The translations under genes and the position numbers were made by a program. The notes under the pieces are model-generated. The model was not told where the DNA came from. It was given only the letters and a program-made list of their open reading frames with translations, and made no database searches. Shown piece by piece: positions 26,289 through 37,017 of a stretch of DNA of 42,965 nt; within the stretch, counting starts at the first letter, position 1, and each line of letters begins with the position of its first letter. Source of the DNA: a virus (lineage: Duplodnaviria; Caudoviricetes); IMG/VR virus record IMGVR_UViG_3300049141_000059, positions 1 to 42,965 of that record, one strand, 5' to 3'.

Positions 26289-27218
26289 CTAGTAAGTCGC
26301 CTTATCATTGGTGATCTCAAATTCAATTGGTCCACTACCGTCATCAGCCACCAAAGCTCGTAATGTTGCTGTTTGTTCTATGCGATCCCTTCCGCCCAAA
26401 GGCTGAGACATGGATGTGTAAACTGCTCTTGGTATATTGATTACAATGTTTGAACCGACATTGATAGTAGTGTCAAACTCTAACAATGTGGTGCTAGTTG
26501 GTCCTGTTGCTGTTCCCCAGAATTTTTCTAACTGAGTAGTAGAGAAGAATGATAGATTCATTTCCATTTCTACCATAAATGCACCGCGAAACGCCCGACG
26601 AGGGAAACGGCTGCCAATCGTTACCCCAGATTCGTTATCTGCTCCCGTTTCTATGGTAATAGAGAATGATTCAATAAAAGCTGATTCATCTACTCCGTTT
26701 ATAGTCGCTGTGACTTGATGAGGCGCATATATATCGCCTTGAGTGAAAGTAGGGGTAGCGTTTAAACTTGCTTTCTCATCTTTGCCGCCCAGAACATCAA
26801 TAGATGCAGTCAAAAAACTATCATCTAATTCCAGACTAAGAGATCCCACCACGCATCCAGAGAAAACATGTTCAAACACATCTTTACCAACTCTAGCGGT
26901 AAATGATTTCATTAACGCGCTATCTTGTGGGAAAAACGAATGTACATATGGACCAGTACCACTGACAGAGTATCCACCAAGTACCCATTTGAGGAACCAA
27001 GGAAACGCTTCTAAATCAAATGATGTTTCTATGCTTCCTTCGCTCAAATACTGTGCTGGTGCTACGATTCTATCAAGGCGTGAAACACCTTCATATATCA
27101 AAGCCTGGTCGCCTGCTGGATCAAGTTCTGCGTTACCAGGGTCAATGGTTTCTACTGCTGCTACTGCTGTGCCGAATGTGGTTTCTTCAGCAAAACCTAA
27201 ATATCTAGTAACTCCCAA
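26289..27218 (-). CDS. Major tail tube protein
   Basis: YLGFAEETTFG N-terminus, F.GC.V..L.L pattern, synteny. Confidence 0.85.
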   Translation of the reverse strand: MGVTRYLGFAEETTFGTAVAAVETIDPGNAELDPAGDQALIYEGVSRLDRIVAPAQYLSEGSIETSFDLEAFPWFLKWVLGGYSVSGTGPYVHSFFPQDSALMKSFTARVGKDVFEHVFSGCVVGSLSLELDDSFLTASIDVLGGKDEKASLNATPTFTQGDIYAPHQVTATINGVDESAFIESFSITIETGADNESGVTIGSRFPRRAFRGAFMVEMEMNLSFFSTTQLEKFWGTATGPTSTTLLEFDTTINVGSNIVINIPRAVYTSMSQPLGGRDRIEQTATLRALVADDGSGPIEFEITNDKATY

Positions 27219-27305
27219 TTCAAATCACCCCTATTTTTATTTGAATATGCATTATACTGGTACATAGGAGAGTTATTCCGTCTATAGGAAAAAGCGAGGT
27301 TAGTC

Positions 27306-27473
27306 ATGGGTTCGGACTACGCTCTCAAGGTTTATGCAGTATGCTGGGCTCTCTCTGCATCTTTGTTCGCCTTGGGAAAGGCGACGAACGGAAAGTTTCT
27401 TAGCATCTTCGGAGCCTTGGCAATGTGTTCAATGAGTGTCTGTATGGTGCTCCTCACGGCATTCCCCAAGTGA
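27306..27473 (+). CDS. 55-aa two-TM protein inserted antisense in the tail operon (moron)
   Basis: GAGGT RBS; MGSDYALKVYAVCWAL...; long hairpin at 27485-27534. Confidence 0.6.
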   Translation: MGSDYALKVYAVCWALSASLFALGKATNGKFLSIFGALAMCSMSVCMVLLTAFPK

Positions 27474-27543
27474 TCCTGTGAGACGGGTTCGTCCGTTGGT
27501 TGGTGCTATGCATTTTCAACCGACGGGCGACCTAATTAAATAA

Positions 27544-28005
27544 CTATTCCCTCCTTTGTATCCTGAAAGCAAACTCACATGATGCCCAATAGATGCTACT
27601 ATTTTGTACAGCTTCATACGATGGATCGAAGCTCTGTGGGCGTACATCATATACTTTGCCATCCAGAGAACGATCTGAAATGATCACATCATAAACCTTT
27701 GCTGCAATGTCTTCTGCTGCGTCTTTGCCATTTTCATTATCAAAGTCATGTACCATCACAATGAAATTGAATAGAAAATCATGTATTGCTGTGTGTCCAC
27801 TGACTAAATCTGGAGTATGTGGAGCGGGCAAAACCCACACAATAGGCATATTATCCACATCACCAATATCCGCTCGATCTCCATAAACAATAGAAGAGAC
27901 ATCAGCCAATGTATCAGCCTTTGCCCCTTCTAGCTTTGCTATGATCGCATCTTTTATTTCCTTACGTATGGTTGCTAGATTCCGAGAATCAATGTTGTAA
28001 CTCAT
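27544..28005 (-). CDS. Tail terminator / completion protein
   Basis: Synteny; acidic, about 150 aa. Confidence 0.65.
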   Translation of the reverse strand: MSYNIDSRNLATIRKEIKDAIIAKLEGAKADTLADVSSIVYGDRADIGDVDNMPIVWVLPAPHTPDLVSGHTAIHDFLFNFIVMVHDFDNENGKDAAEDIAAKVYDVIISDRSLDGKVYDVRPQSFDPSYEAVQNSSIYWASCEFAFRIQRRE

Positions 28006-28436
28006 AGTAAACCAACCCTCTTTAACTTAGACACTACAACGCTTTCTGTTCTTGCTTCTGTATGGTGTATAGCTTCCTCTACATACTTTTGCCCCTTTTG
28101 ACCACGAACTGAACGAGCGTAAACAATACGTCCATGCCATTCAAAACGCAAGAATTTGGCGCGTTTTGGGGTGATGGGTTTACCTGATCCATATATTCCA
28201 GTTCCATCGTTCACCCATCTGGCATACTTCAAATTTGTAAAGATGTTATATTTCAAATCACCAATCTTTTTCTTGCTCCATGAATCTCTCAAGGCTCCTG
28301 TTTTCCTTGGGCTAGTTTCTCTGATATTACGTCGGGTTTCCCATGCTACTTCTTCCACTGCTACAGATATAGCACGGGGAGACTTTCTTACTGTTTGAGG
28401 TAAATCTTTATTCGTTACGGATATTTGAAAGGACAT
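28002..28436 (-). CDS. HK97 gp10-like neck protein
   Basis: P.KTGALRDSW, YA..VN.GT. Confidence 0.85.
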   Translation of the reverse strand: MSFQISVTNKDLPQTVRKSPRAISVAVEEVAWETRRNIRETSPRKTGALRDSWSKKKIGDLKYNIFTNLKYARWVNDGTGIYGSGKPITPKRAKFLRFEWHGRIVYARSVRGQKGQKYVEEAIHHTEARTESVVVSKLKRVGLL

Positions 28437-28784
28437 TTATATATCCTCCTTGAATGCGACATATCGAATGCGCCGCCATTGGTTGAGTGCTGTCAGGAGA
28501 TTAGGTGGATATAAGGGCAACATTGTGTTGTTATTCCCTCTGATAGCCTCCAATTGTATCTGAGTCTCTTTGATGTGATAACGGCATAGTTGAGCAACAG
28601 CTAAACCAATACCATCTGGATAATCGTCCTCACCTGTTTCTGGATCAACGAAATCACGATTACAGTATTGCTTTACAAATGACAACACTTTTGGCAACAA
28701 AACTGGTAAGTATTCATCATATTTGGTATTACTGGCAGGAATGAGCAACAGCGTTTTAATCTCATCTACAGTGATCGTTGCCAT
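28437..28784 (-). CDS. Head-tail connector (adaptor)
   Basis: YCNR.F motif, synteny. Confidence 0.75.
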   Translation of the reverse strand: MATITVDEIKTLLLIPASNTKYDEYLPVLLPKVLSFVKQYCNRDFVDPETGEDDYPDGIGLAVAQLCRYHIKETQIQLEAIRGNNNTMLPLYPPNLLTALNQWRRIRYVAFKEDI

Positions 28785-28984
28785 TACTTAGCACCTTTTT
28801 TCTTTGGCTCTTTTACCTCTGTCACATTTGGGCTTTTTCTCAATACCTCTATGAGTTCTTTATCCTCTGTTTCCAGTTCACCATTTTCAAACCGCACTGA
28901 TTTCTTTCCATGCATCACAAGTAATGACGTATATCTTTCACATGTAAATTTCAAATCCTCACCTCCATAAAAAGAAGGAGGCAC
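28784..28984 (-). CDS. Small virion-associated protein
   Basis: V.F.NG...T.D pattern typical after capsid genes; true start may be a few codons downstream. Confidence 0.6.
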   Translation of the reverse strand: MPPSFYGGEDLKFTCERYTSLLVMHGKKSVRFENGELETEDKELIEVLRKSPNVTEVKEPKKKGAK

Positions 28985-28991
28985 AAGCCCC

Positions 28992-29315
28992 CTAATTCAT
29001 TAGCCCTGCTGCCTTTAATTTTGCGAGTAATGCATTAAAATCCGATACAAGCCCAGCAACATCCGTTGCAGTGCTGTCTGCTTGTGTAGCCGCTTTTGTG
29101 GCGGTAAGTTTCCCGTTTATGGTGTTTTGTGCTGATGTATCTAACTTGGTTAGAGAAACAACACCATCGGTAATTTTAGCAGTAGTAACCGCATTATCAG
29201 CAAGCTTTGCAGTGGAAATAGAGCCATCCGCGACAGCTCCCTCTCCTGCTTCCAATGCTTCTAGAACTTCCCTCAGTCTTGGAGGAAGTCCACTCATATA
29301 TTTTAATTCCATCAC
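28992..29315 (-). CDS. Head fibre / decoration protein
   Basis: AVTTAKI repeats and ADSTATDVAGLVSDFNALLAKLKAAGLM C-terminus. Confidence 0.8.
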   Translation of the reverse strand: MMELKYMSGLPPRLREVLEALEAGEGAVADGSISTAKLADNAVTTAKITDGVVSLTKLDTSAQNTINGKLTATKAATQADSTATDVAGLVSDFNALLAKLKAAGLMN

Positions 29316-29324
29316 TCATCCTCC

Positions 29325-30263
29325 TTAGGTTGTTGGTAATCCGGTGATTTTACCATGGAATAACTCTGGTCCAGATTCTAAACCAATCTCGCCGTAGATT
29401 TGATATTTGAATGCTGCGCCAATACGTGCTAACTCTTCCCGGAACAAGAATCCTTTGCCTGGAATTTCTAGAAACACAGGAGAACATACGCTAAGATCAG
29501 CTAGAACAATGGTATCTGCTGGCAAATAACGATCTAACATCACACCAAAGCGACCAAAATCCGTTTCAATTTGGTTGATGTTTACACCACCGATATTTCG
29601 ATCTTCTGGCGCATAACCGTAAGCATTGGAAATTTGTTGTTTCTGGAATCCGTTAGTGATGATAACTGTATTTGCTCCAAATGGTGCGCCGTTAGTAAAC
29701 ATTTCTAGCAACAAGGAATTGAAAGTTGTTTTAAAGTCAGTGCTACCAGTTCCATCCACTACATTTGTGGTAATCGCTTGGAGTAGTCCCCTTGTTTGCC
29801 TCCCAGGATTGACGTTTGTTGCCGGATTGGAGAAGACACCGTTCAAGAAGGTATACTCAATGTTTCTTGCAATGATCTCTAATTTTCGTTGTGTCTGCCA
29901 GTCCACCTCATTCATCACAGGTTGATTTCCTAAGATGCTTTGACCAGATATATTTCCTGTTGCTGCTTGTTTGGTATAGGAAATCTCAAGAGTTTCATGG
30001 AAAATTTGAACCACGTTAAAAACTTGCGCTCTATCAATTTCACTTGGCGGTGGAGCGTTTTGACCTTCTAACTGATTGACTGGTTGCGCTGGTGCTGGCA
30101 AGCTAAAATCTTGAAATGCAAATTCCTTTGAGCTGGTACGCATACCACCAGTAAGACCGCCGATTGCGCTTAGAAATGGGGTTTCTGTTGGGGTAAGTGC
30201 AAAGATTTCCCCCACAAAGTTAGGTAGATTAAATGTAGTACCCTGACCGTTAATTACTGCCAT
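29325..30263 (-). CDS. Major capsid protein (SU10/DUF5309-like)
   Basis: P.ETPFLSAIG, N..QIF, I.TDFG, GEIGLE. Confidence 0.88.
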   Translation of the reverse strand: MAVINGQGTTFNLPNFVGEIFALTPTETPFLSAIGGLTGGMRTSSKEFAFQDFSLPAPAQPVNQLEGQNAPPPSEIDRAQVFNVVQIFHETLEISYTKQAATGNISGQSILGNQPVMNEVDWQTQRKLEIIARNIEYTFLNGVFSNPATNVNPGRQTRGLLQAITTNVVDGTGSTDFKTTFNSLLLEMFTNGAPFGANTVIITNGFQKQQISNAYGYAPEDRNIGGVNINQIETDFGRFGVMLDRYLPADTIVLADLSVCSPVFLEIPGKGFLFREELARIGAAFKYQIYGEIGLESGPELFHGKITGLPTT

Positions 30264-30270
30264 ATCTCAT

Positions 30271-30849
30271 TCACTCCGATTCATACATTTTGGATTTTAA
30301 CGCTATTGCTTGACTGATATTTCCTTCTTGCATTGCCTTTTGATATTGAGCCTCTAGGCTGTTTGGTTGAGCGTCATTGGATTTAAACGGCTCACGTCCA
30401 TTTGTTTTAAACGTTTGCTGTACTTGATTTTGGACTGCTTTGGAAAACACTTCTTCCAACATGGAGAGGTTAGCACTTGTCTTTTCAACATCGTCAGCAA
30501 CAAAAAAATCAAGCAATTCAACAGGTAAACCTTTTTCAGTAGCCTGTTTATACGCTTGATTTCGTATCGTTTCGAGTTGTTTTTCTTTCTGTAACTGATC
30601 AAACTGTGATTTTAGTTCTCGTAGTTGCCTTTGCTCCTCGGTTTCCTCTGGATATAACTTCTTCACTTCTTGCTCTACCAACGAAGATAGATTGTTTTGT
30701 TTCCACGTTTCTAAGCCCTTCGAAAAATGACTGTCTTTCTCGCTCTGTAGCCATTTTTGAACATCTTCATTTTGAGATGCTAGGCTCTTGATATCATCCA
30801 AAGTAAAACTTGGTTTTACTACTTCATTTTGGTTTTGTTCTTCACTCAT
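30271..30849 (-). CDS. Capsid scaffold (DUF4355-like)
   Basis: Acidic coiled coil, KGLP pattern, upstream of the capsid gene. Confidence 0.8.
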   Translation of the reverse strand: MSEEQNQNEVVKPSFTLDDIKSLASQNEDVQKWLQSEKDSHFSKGLETWKQNNLSSLVEQEVKKLYPEETEEQRQLRELKSQFDQLQKEKQLETIRNQAYKQATEKGLPVELLDFFVADDVEKTSANLSMLEEVFSKAVQNQVQQTFKTNGREPFKSNDAQPNSLEAQYQKAMQEGNISQAIALKSKMYESE

Positions 30850-30894
30850 TCTCTGTTCCTCCTATGCCCTTACTGTTGCTATGCCCCAGTAAGT

Positions 30895-31680
30895 TCAAGA
30901 AATATTTAATCTTAGTCGGCATCTACAGTTGATGTCATCAGCAGCATTCCCCATCAGTCCAGGAGATGGACCATGCCCACCTGCTGTACTTGTGAAATTG
31001 CTGTTGATTGGCTTTTTAGTGCCGTTTAGTCTTCTATGTGCTTGACGTGTGCGGTTATCCATTCTAGCGATCCAAGTCTTTTTCAGCTTGATGCCTGATT
31101 TGCTGACCAACTTAGATAGATTGAACATGACTTGATTTCTCAATCGATGGACTTCAGTTCTAATAATTAAACGCATCCGGCTCCCTTGGCTTTCTACGAG
31201 GGATTGAATGCGTTTGGATATCTCATCATAGGTTTCTTCTTTTTTGAAAGACACAAGCAGGATATCACGCAACTGTGCAATGAATCGTTTGCGATTACGC
31301 TCGATACGATCATTTAAAGTTAGACCTGCAATATGCTTTTGTATCAATTGTTGTATATCCTTCTGTGTCAAAGTATCAGATACATCAATACCATCTGACC
31401 GCAATGCGCGAATCATATCACTGTGGATTGATCTGACAATAACAGCAAAGGTATCTGGTACTTGCTTTTTGATCTTACGAAATTCGTCATTAATAAGCGG
31501 CACCATTGATTTCCACAAAGATTCAACGCTGACAGTTTTTATACTGCTTAAGGCTTGTGCTGCAACCCCTGTTAAACCTAGCAAGAGTAACCCAAAAGCA
31601 AAGGCAAGTGCTTGCTCAAGTTCATTTTGTTGTTGTTCGGTTTGTTGCTCGATCTGTTGCTGCTGTTGCTCTAGGGTCAT
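30895..31680 (-). CDS. Minor head protein (SPP1 gp7 / Mu F-like)
   Basis: IIRTE, K.W....D.RTR..H..L.G, INCRC. Confidence 0.88.
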   Translation of the reverse strand: MTLEQQQQQIEQQTEQQQNELEQALAFAFGLLLLGLTGVAAQALSSIKTVSVESLWKSMVPLINDEFRKIKKQVPDTFAVIVRSIHSDMIRALRSDGIDVSDTLTQKDIQQLIQKHIAGLTLNDRIERNRKRFIAQLRDILLVSFKKEETYDEISKRIQSLVESQGSRMRLIIRTEVHRLRNQVMFNLSKLVSKSGIKLKKTWIARMDNRTRQAHRRLNGTKKPINSNFTSTAGGHGPSPGLMGNAADDINCRCRLRLNIS

Positions 31681-33100
31681 TATTAATCATCACCCCCTGA
31701 ACAGGATCGCCAGGGATAAGATCATATATTTCCTGTTCCATCGCTTGAAGTTCTTCTTCTGGATCGTCAATGAAAGAGAGCAAGGACAGCCTTGTTTTCT
31801 CACTGATTAAACCTTTTAGCGTTGCATTTGTTTGGGCTTCATCCAGCATATTGAGAGGGAAGTTACGTTTAAATTGATAGGTAATATCTTTGAGATCAAA
31901 CGATAAACCTTTCTTTGCCCATACACTGGCCAGTAATTTAAATTGCTTCTGGAGTGCTGCATTAAACTTACGCTCGGCAATCATGCATTTACTTTCGAGA
32001 GAAAACATTTTAAATTTCATTGCTACTCCGCTGATATTCCCCGCGAATTGTTCATCTCCAAAGTTAACTGATTTCCCAAAACGCAATATATTCTGTTCTA
32101 CTCGGTTCAAGTGGTTTTCTAAGTACTGGTCATTTTGCTCCTTGGTTAGAAACTCTACCCTAGAACCATCATCAGCGGTAGGAATGCCAAATGCTCCCGT
32201 TCTCTTGATGCTCTCCAGCGTTTCTACATCTGCTTCAAATCCATAAAACAACATATATGCGCTTCTAAATGCTTCGATTTCGCTGTTTGCGTCAGACATA
32301 GCACGATCATATGCGTCGATCAAGGAAAGTATTTTCTCGCAATCTCCTTGCATCTCTTCGTTGTTTGGGAAAGCAAGCAGAGGAATACCATCAAACATAT
32401 GTGGCCTTGGGTTTATTGCTTCTGTTTCGTCTAAAATATAGTTTCCTTGGTCATCTTGAATGAAGAATGTCACATGCGTATCGTCGTACCACTCTACCCG
32501 TATACGTTCAGATACATCTTGGTTTGTTGGTCCTGAGACAACTGCAACCGGATAATACCTCATGGCATATTGTGCATCTTGAATAGATCGATCATAGACA
32601 AAAATACTTTCCCAAGGTGGAATGTTCATTGCTCTTTCTTTTCCCTCTCGATCTATGTAGAGCAGACGAGAAGCAAGCCCACAGATAGCAGCCATCTTTG
32701 CTGTTTCACTGTCTAAATCTTCAATGAGGTTATAGCCGACAAAGTCCTGTATAACCTCATCTTTGATCTCGTAGTTCTTCGCCTCTCGATTGATACCATA
32801 AGTAATAGGTATTCCCATAAAATAACCAACTTTTGTATCCACGATCTCCCCGAAGAAATCGTTATTGAGTTGGCTGTTCACGCGCTCATACTCGGCTACT
32901 TCCCTAGAAAAGATAGGTACACCGTTAGGAGTTGCTTTGTATCGGTTATACAGGTAGATCATTCGGTCTCTATTTTCCGCATTGTTATCAATCAGATCTG
33001 TGATAATTTGGCTGGTTACTTGCCCGTGTAATACCTTCAACTCTGCCAGAATCTCGGTCATAGTAGTCATTTGTCCACCAGATAGTAGATCAATAATCAC
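31622..33100 (-). CDS. SPP1-type portal protein
   Basis: IVD...GYF.G.PI, LIDAYD...SD, SG.A.K.K, F.RN.P. Confidence 0.93.
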   Translation of the reverse strand: MIIDLLSGGQMTTMTEILAELKVLHGQVTSQIITDLIDNNAENRDRMIYLYNRYKATPNGVPIFSREVAEYERVNSQLNNDFFGEIVDTKVGYFMGIPITYGINREAKNYEIKDEVIQDFVGYNLIEDLDSETAKMAAICGLASRLLYIDREGKERAMNIPPWESIFVYDRSIQDAQYAMRYYPVAVVSGPTNQDVSERIRVEWYDDTHVTFFIQDDQGNYILDETEAINPRPHMFDGIPLLAFPNNEEMQGDCEKILSLIDAYDRAMSDANSEIEAFRSAYMLFYGFEADVETLESIKRTGAFGIPTADDGSRVEFLTKEQNDQYLENHLNRVEQNILRFGKSVNFGDEQFAGNISGVAMKFKMFSLESKCMIAERKFNAALQKQFKLLASVWAKKGLSFDLKDITYQFKRNFPLNMLDEAQTNATLKGLISEKTRLSLLSFIDDPEEELQAMEQEIYDLIPGDPVQGVMINNDPRATAATDRATNRTTTK

Positions 33101-33112
33101 GTTCTCACCCCC

Positions 33113-34417
33113 TTATATTCGTTGTGCTGCATATGCACCTTTAAGATCAGATACCTCATAACCATCTAGCGCGTACCAGATGCTTGAAAATGTGTGTGCA
33201 TCGATATTAAATTCGTCTTCTATGATATTGCCGTCCTTATCGACTGCATATGTTAGCTCGGACAATTCTTCTATTGTGTGCTTGCATTCATCAGAGCAAA
33301 TAATTTTCTTAAATCGTTTGACCTTCTTCGTATTCTGGAGCCTAGAGCCTTGGAACTTCTTAGCGCCTTTCATCTGGAACCCTTGTTGCTGAAAATAGCG
33401 AATGGTTTTTGGTTCTGCTGAATCTGCCCGTATAAGCTCCCTAGTTTGCTTGAATTCTGCAAGCTCAACTGCTGTTTTATCGTCTGTCATTTTGTTCTTG
33501 TAGTACTCCCAATAGATGTACAAGTATTTCCTATCATGATCGATTGCGACACGTAATAAAGCGTTGTAGGATGTTTCAAATCCAAAGTCAAATCCTACTC
33601 GCTTCATTCGTTTTGGTATTCCGTTGACTGCTGCTATCACTTCATCGTGTGATCTCACTTCGAACTGCGGCAACACTCGTACACCGTTCACACCAAATCT
33701 ACCTTTGCGCGCTACACGATACAGATCAGGATCATAGAGCTTCATTTCTTCCAGCTGCTCAATGTAGCTTTCAGGCAAAAATAAATTATCATCTGCAACT
33801 GAATGATGATAATAAGCATTGTCACGAATCAATATTCTGTTGTGATATAGCTCCTCATCATCAATGTTCATTGCTTTGAAGAAATGTTTATAGGTCCAGT
33901 TACCTTTACCAACTGGATTCGTAGACAAAAGAAAGTGAAGGGATAATGTTGGATGTCGCAAACGTCCAAGTAACTCCTTGTATCCCTCATACTTTAGCTC
34001 GGAACACTCTTCGATCCATACAATGGTAACGTTGTGAATGGACTTCAATTTGCTTGGTTTATCCATTCCTTTGAATATGATCTTAGATCCATTCGGGAAG
34101 CGAATCTGCATCGGCTGGCGATTGATCTTGATCTTATCCTCTAGATCCAAATCAATAATGATTTCTTCCAACAGCGCCAAACAACTATCCCGCATGGTGT
34201 CATATACTTCTCGAACAACTAAGGCTGTTCGCTTCTCGTCTATGAGCTTCAATACCAATTTCAAAGCCATGTGATAGCTTTTCGAGCTACCATAACCACC
34301 AACAAGAAAATAGAACTTATATCGCCAATCAAATAGAAAGGATTCAAAGTGTGGGTTAACTTCCTTCTCCACGATCTTCACCCTTCCGCTTAATGATGAT
34401 TTCAATCGGCTTATCAT
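33113..34417 (-). CDS. terL: Terminase large subunit (PBSX/SPP1-like)
   Basis: [26 protein letters not shown]; start probably the GTG near 34381. Confidence 0.95.
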   Translation of the reverse strand: MISRLKSSLSGRVKIVEKEVNPHFESFLFDWRYKFYFLVGGYGSSKSYHMALKLVLKLIDEKRTALVVREVYDTMRDSCLALLEEIIIDLDLEDKIKINRQPMQIRFPNGSKIIFKGMDKPSKLKSIHNVTIVWIEECSELKYEGYKELLGRLRHPTLSLHFLLSTNPVGKGNWTYKHFFKAMNIDDEELYHNRILIRDNAYYHHSVADDNLFLPESYIEQLEEMKLYDPDLYRVARKGRFGVNGVRVLPQFEVRSHDEVIAAVNGIPKRMKRVGFDFGFETSYNALLRVAIDHDRKYLYIYWEYYKNKMTDDKTAVELAEFKQTRELIRADSAEPKTIRYFQQQGFQMKGAKKFQGSRLQNTKKVKRFKKIICSDECKHTIEELSELTYAVDKDGNIIEDEFNIDAHTFSSIWYALDGYEVSDLKGAYAAQRI

Positions 34418-34865
34418 CTTTATCTGTATCTTTTAGTTGCGCCGTTCTCTCCTTGGTAAACTCTATCTCTGCTTCTTTCTTTGCTTTCTCTAGCAGAAAC
34501 TTTTCATCTGCAAACAGATAAACACTCTCTAATTCGTTCAATTCTTTTATGGCATTCAGGAAAGCATTGGAGTTAGCTTGTCTAAGACCAACTTCTTCAA
34601 TATCACTTTTTGATTTATCTTTAATCCAGAGTAATTCTTCAACCGCTTTTTCTCTGGTCCAGAGAGCTTTCTTTTTATGTTCATCTAATAACTCGTTATA
34701 CCTTACCAAAACCTTACCATTTTTCATTAACTCGCTTGCTTTTATATCGATATATTCATTTGTTTTCCCATCGACAGAATAGCCCGCTTTTTTATAGGCT
34801 TCTCTTTGACTAAGTCCAGATACAACTCCCTGGACAAATTTTTCTTGTTTCGGAGTTAGTTTCAC
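34356..34865 (-). CDS. terS: Terminase small subunit
   Basis: LTPKQEKFV...AYKKAGYS. Confidence 0.9.
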   Translation of the reverse strand: MKLTPKQEKFVQGVVSGLSQREAYKKAGYSVDGKTNEYIDIKASELMKNGKVLVRYNELLDEHKKKALWTREKAVEELLWIKDKSKSDIEEVGLRQANSNAFLNAIKELNELESVYLFADEKFLLEKAKKEAEIEFTKERTAQLKDTDKDDKPIEIIIKRKGEDRGEGS

Positions 34866-34908
34866 ATCATTTCACCACACCTCCCAATTTAGTTAATCAA
34901 GAAAAAAT

Positions 34909-35310
34909 TTATATCTGAGGTGAGCTAACCAATTGAAAAGAATACATTTTGAAATAGCTATAAGATGCATAAGGAACCACAGGAGCCATAAGAAATTGAT
35001 GTAATAGTTCTTTATAGATAGAAGTTGTATTCCCTGACTCGACACTTACAATCATTTCTGTTTCTTGCAGGGTATTGGTTACATCTGTATACCCATAATA
35101 GACTTTGTACTTATATAGATCGGCTCTCTCAGCTGTGACATAAATAATAGGAGACTGACTGAAATTCACCTGCACTTCTCCAGAATCAATCCGTACTAAA
35201 CCCAGTTTTCTTGCTTCGATCTCATTTTCTGCTTGCATGACACTCTCATCAATTACTGTTCTTGGTGTAGTTTCTGTTTGAACCTCTATCCTAACGTTAT
35301 AAGTACCCAT
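34909..35310 (-). CDS. Hypothetical protein
   Basis: AAAGGA RBS. Confidence 0.7.
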   Translation of the reverse strand: MGTYNVRIEVQTETTPRTVIDESVMQAENEIEARKLGLVRIDSGEVQVNFSQSPIIYVTAERADLYKYKVYYGYTDVTNTLQETEMIVSVESGNTTSIYKELLHQFLMAPVVPYASYSYFKMYSFQLVSSPQI

Positions 35311-35469
35311 GTTTCATCATCCTTTCCAGAGCATAAAAAATACCACTCGTATGAGTGGTTTAACTTACTTTGCGGTCTATGGTAGGAACCCTGTCACAGG
35401 GAGATACGTGTAAAAATAGGACATAAGCTAGATATATTTTCCAGTGTGGCCCCTCAATGTGCGAATCGT

Positions 35470-35820
35470 TCACATGCCTTTGAGTTCTAATGTCTTTCGA
35501 TTCATTACTTCTACCAAGAGATTTCCGATGCCCTCAGCACCCGTAAAAGCGTCAATTTTAGCAAGTGGATTGTAAGTATCCAAAATGGAGCCTAGTCCTG
35601 GAGCAAGTTGTACTTGCATTACGTTATCATCACCGATGAACATTTCCAGAACCGTACGTTGCGTAGTATACATTTTGAATGGCGACAACGCTTTTCCTGT
35701 TTTTTCAATTAGTGGAATCAGTTTTTTGTGAACATCAGGATACATATCATTTGCAATTCCTTCATTCATACAAAAATCCAATCCACCGCTTGCTTGATCA
35801 AAACGAAATAAAAAGATCAT
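35470..35820 (-). CDS. Hypothetical protein
   Basis: GAGGAG RBS. Confidence 0.7.
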   Translation of the reverse strand: MIFLFRFDQASGGLDFCMNEGIANDMYPDVHKKLIPLIEKTGKALSPFKMYTTQRTVLEMFIGDDNVMQVQLAPGLGSILDTYNPLAKIDAFTGAEGIGNLLVEVMNRKTLELKGM

Positions 35821-35950
35821 GTTGTAACTCCTCTCAGGTCATAAAAAGAGTTTACCATGATCCTTAGCGTGTAGGTAATCTGATATATTGTGACTAAGAT
35901 ATGTCTAAACGTGTATTTTTCTTTTTTTGATACGACTAAGGAGCGATCAA

Positions 35951-36166
35951 ATGGAACCTCTACAGATAAATGATATCTGGTATGGCAAAGATGGCACTGC
36001 ATATGCAGGTGTATCCGCTCGGATCGATGCCATTACAACGAGAAATGTACAAGTATCATTTGATCGTACAGTGAGAATTGATAGTATGTTATTGGCTGGA
36101 ACAGTGATGACACAAAAACAATTTAGGCTTAACTTTGATCATGGTCAGCAGTTGAGTTTGTGGTGA
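35951..36166 (+). CDS. Small hypothetical protein
   Basis: AAGGAG RBS before MEPLQ. Confidence 0.6.
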   Translation: MEPLQINDIWYGKDGTAYAGVSARIDAITTRNVQVSFDRTVRIDSMLLAGTVMTQKQFRLNFDHGQQLSLW

Positions 36167-36241
36167 CAGGGTTCTTGTTCTAGTCCGTCAGATAGATTCC
36201 ATTTATTGGGCAAATTAGGGTTTATCGTTCGGTTGCTGGTT

Positions 36242-36853
36242 TTAGTATTGATATTCATACATCTCGTCTTCCCATTTTTTCATATCAAAGGAAAAATTCT
36301 TTTTGAACTGATTCTGATGTATATCTTCGAACACAATTGTTAATTTCACTTTCTTATCTATACTTTTAAAGGGGTTATCGCGCCTTTGTTTAGAAAAACG
36401 TAACAGCTTAGGTATTTTCTTTATCAGTTTAAACCCCTTACGCTCTAGAGTTGCAAAAATTCCGCTCACTGAAAATTCGACAACAGTTCTTTGTCCATAC
36501 CCTACTCTTCTCCTATCACTTTCTGAAAAAATCTCCTCTTTATTAGGAAGTAGCAGAGACACATAGGAAATAACAATTGGTTTTTCACTTAGATTGACAA
36601 ACTCAAATCGTAAAAATGTCGAACCATCCTCATCTTCATATTCTCTGGTATTAGTTTTTATATCGATTTTAACTTTTGCTTTTCCATCCTGCATCGCCTT
36701 CCAACTTTGCCAAAGAGAAATACTAACAGCTAAAAACGTAAGAAAAGCCGCCGCAACTGTTCCTCCTGCTCCAATCATCGCCCAAAATCCCTCGCTTGTA
36801 GTATCACAAGGTAATCCCCAATGTCTGCATTCTTCTAGCCACCATGTTTTCAA
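36242..36853 (-). CDS. Single-TM membrane-anchored protein (moron-like)
   Basis: AAGGAG RBS, TTG start, N-terminal TM. Confidence 0.7.
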   Translation of the reverse strand: MKTWWLEECRHWGLPCDTTSEGFWAMIGAGGTVAAAFLTFLAVSISLWQSWKAMQDGKAKVKIDIKTNTREYEDEDGSTFLRFEFVNLSEKPIVISYVSLLLPNKEEIFSESDRRRVGYGQRTVVEFSVSGIFATLERKGFKLIKKIPKLLRFSKQRRDNPFKSIDKKVKLTIVFEDIHQNQFKKNFSFDMKKWEDEMYEYQY

Positions 36854-36969
36854 ATTACGTTTTCTCCTTTTTATTTTGATGGCTAAATTAATTCGACAAA
36901 AATAAGAAAACGTCCTATTTAGTTATTACATAATTTTCTTAATCATGGGACTTGTGATATACTAAAAAT

Positions 36970-37000
36970 AACTTCCGATAAGGAAAGATTATCGGTATTA
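36970..37000. promoter_or_regulatory. lox/res-like recombination site
   Basis: CCGATAA-GGAAAGA-TTATCGG directly upstream of the recombinase. Confidence 0.65.
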
Positions 37001-37017
37001 ATCGAGGTGAAAACACC

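Noticed and set aside
26743-27267. Long plus-strand ORFs opposite structural and other genes (also 31244-31810, 39053-39535, 31890-32246)
   Set aside because: Antisense shadows of well-supported genes with no RBS or motifs
35335-35465. tRNA gene
   Set aside because: No cloverleaf, T-loop GTTC or CCA end recognisable on either strand
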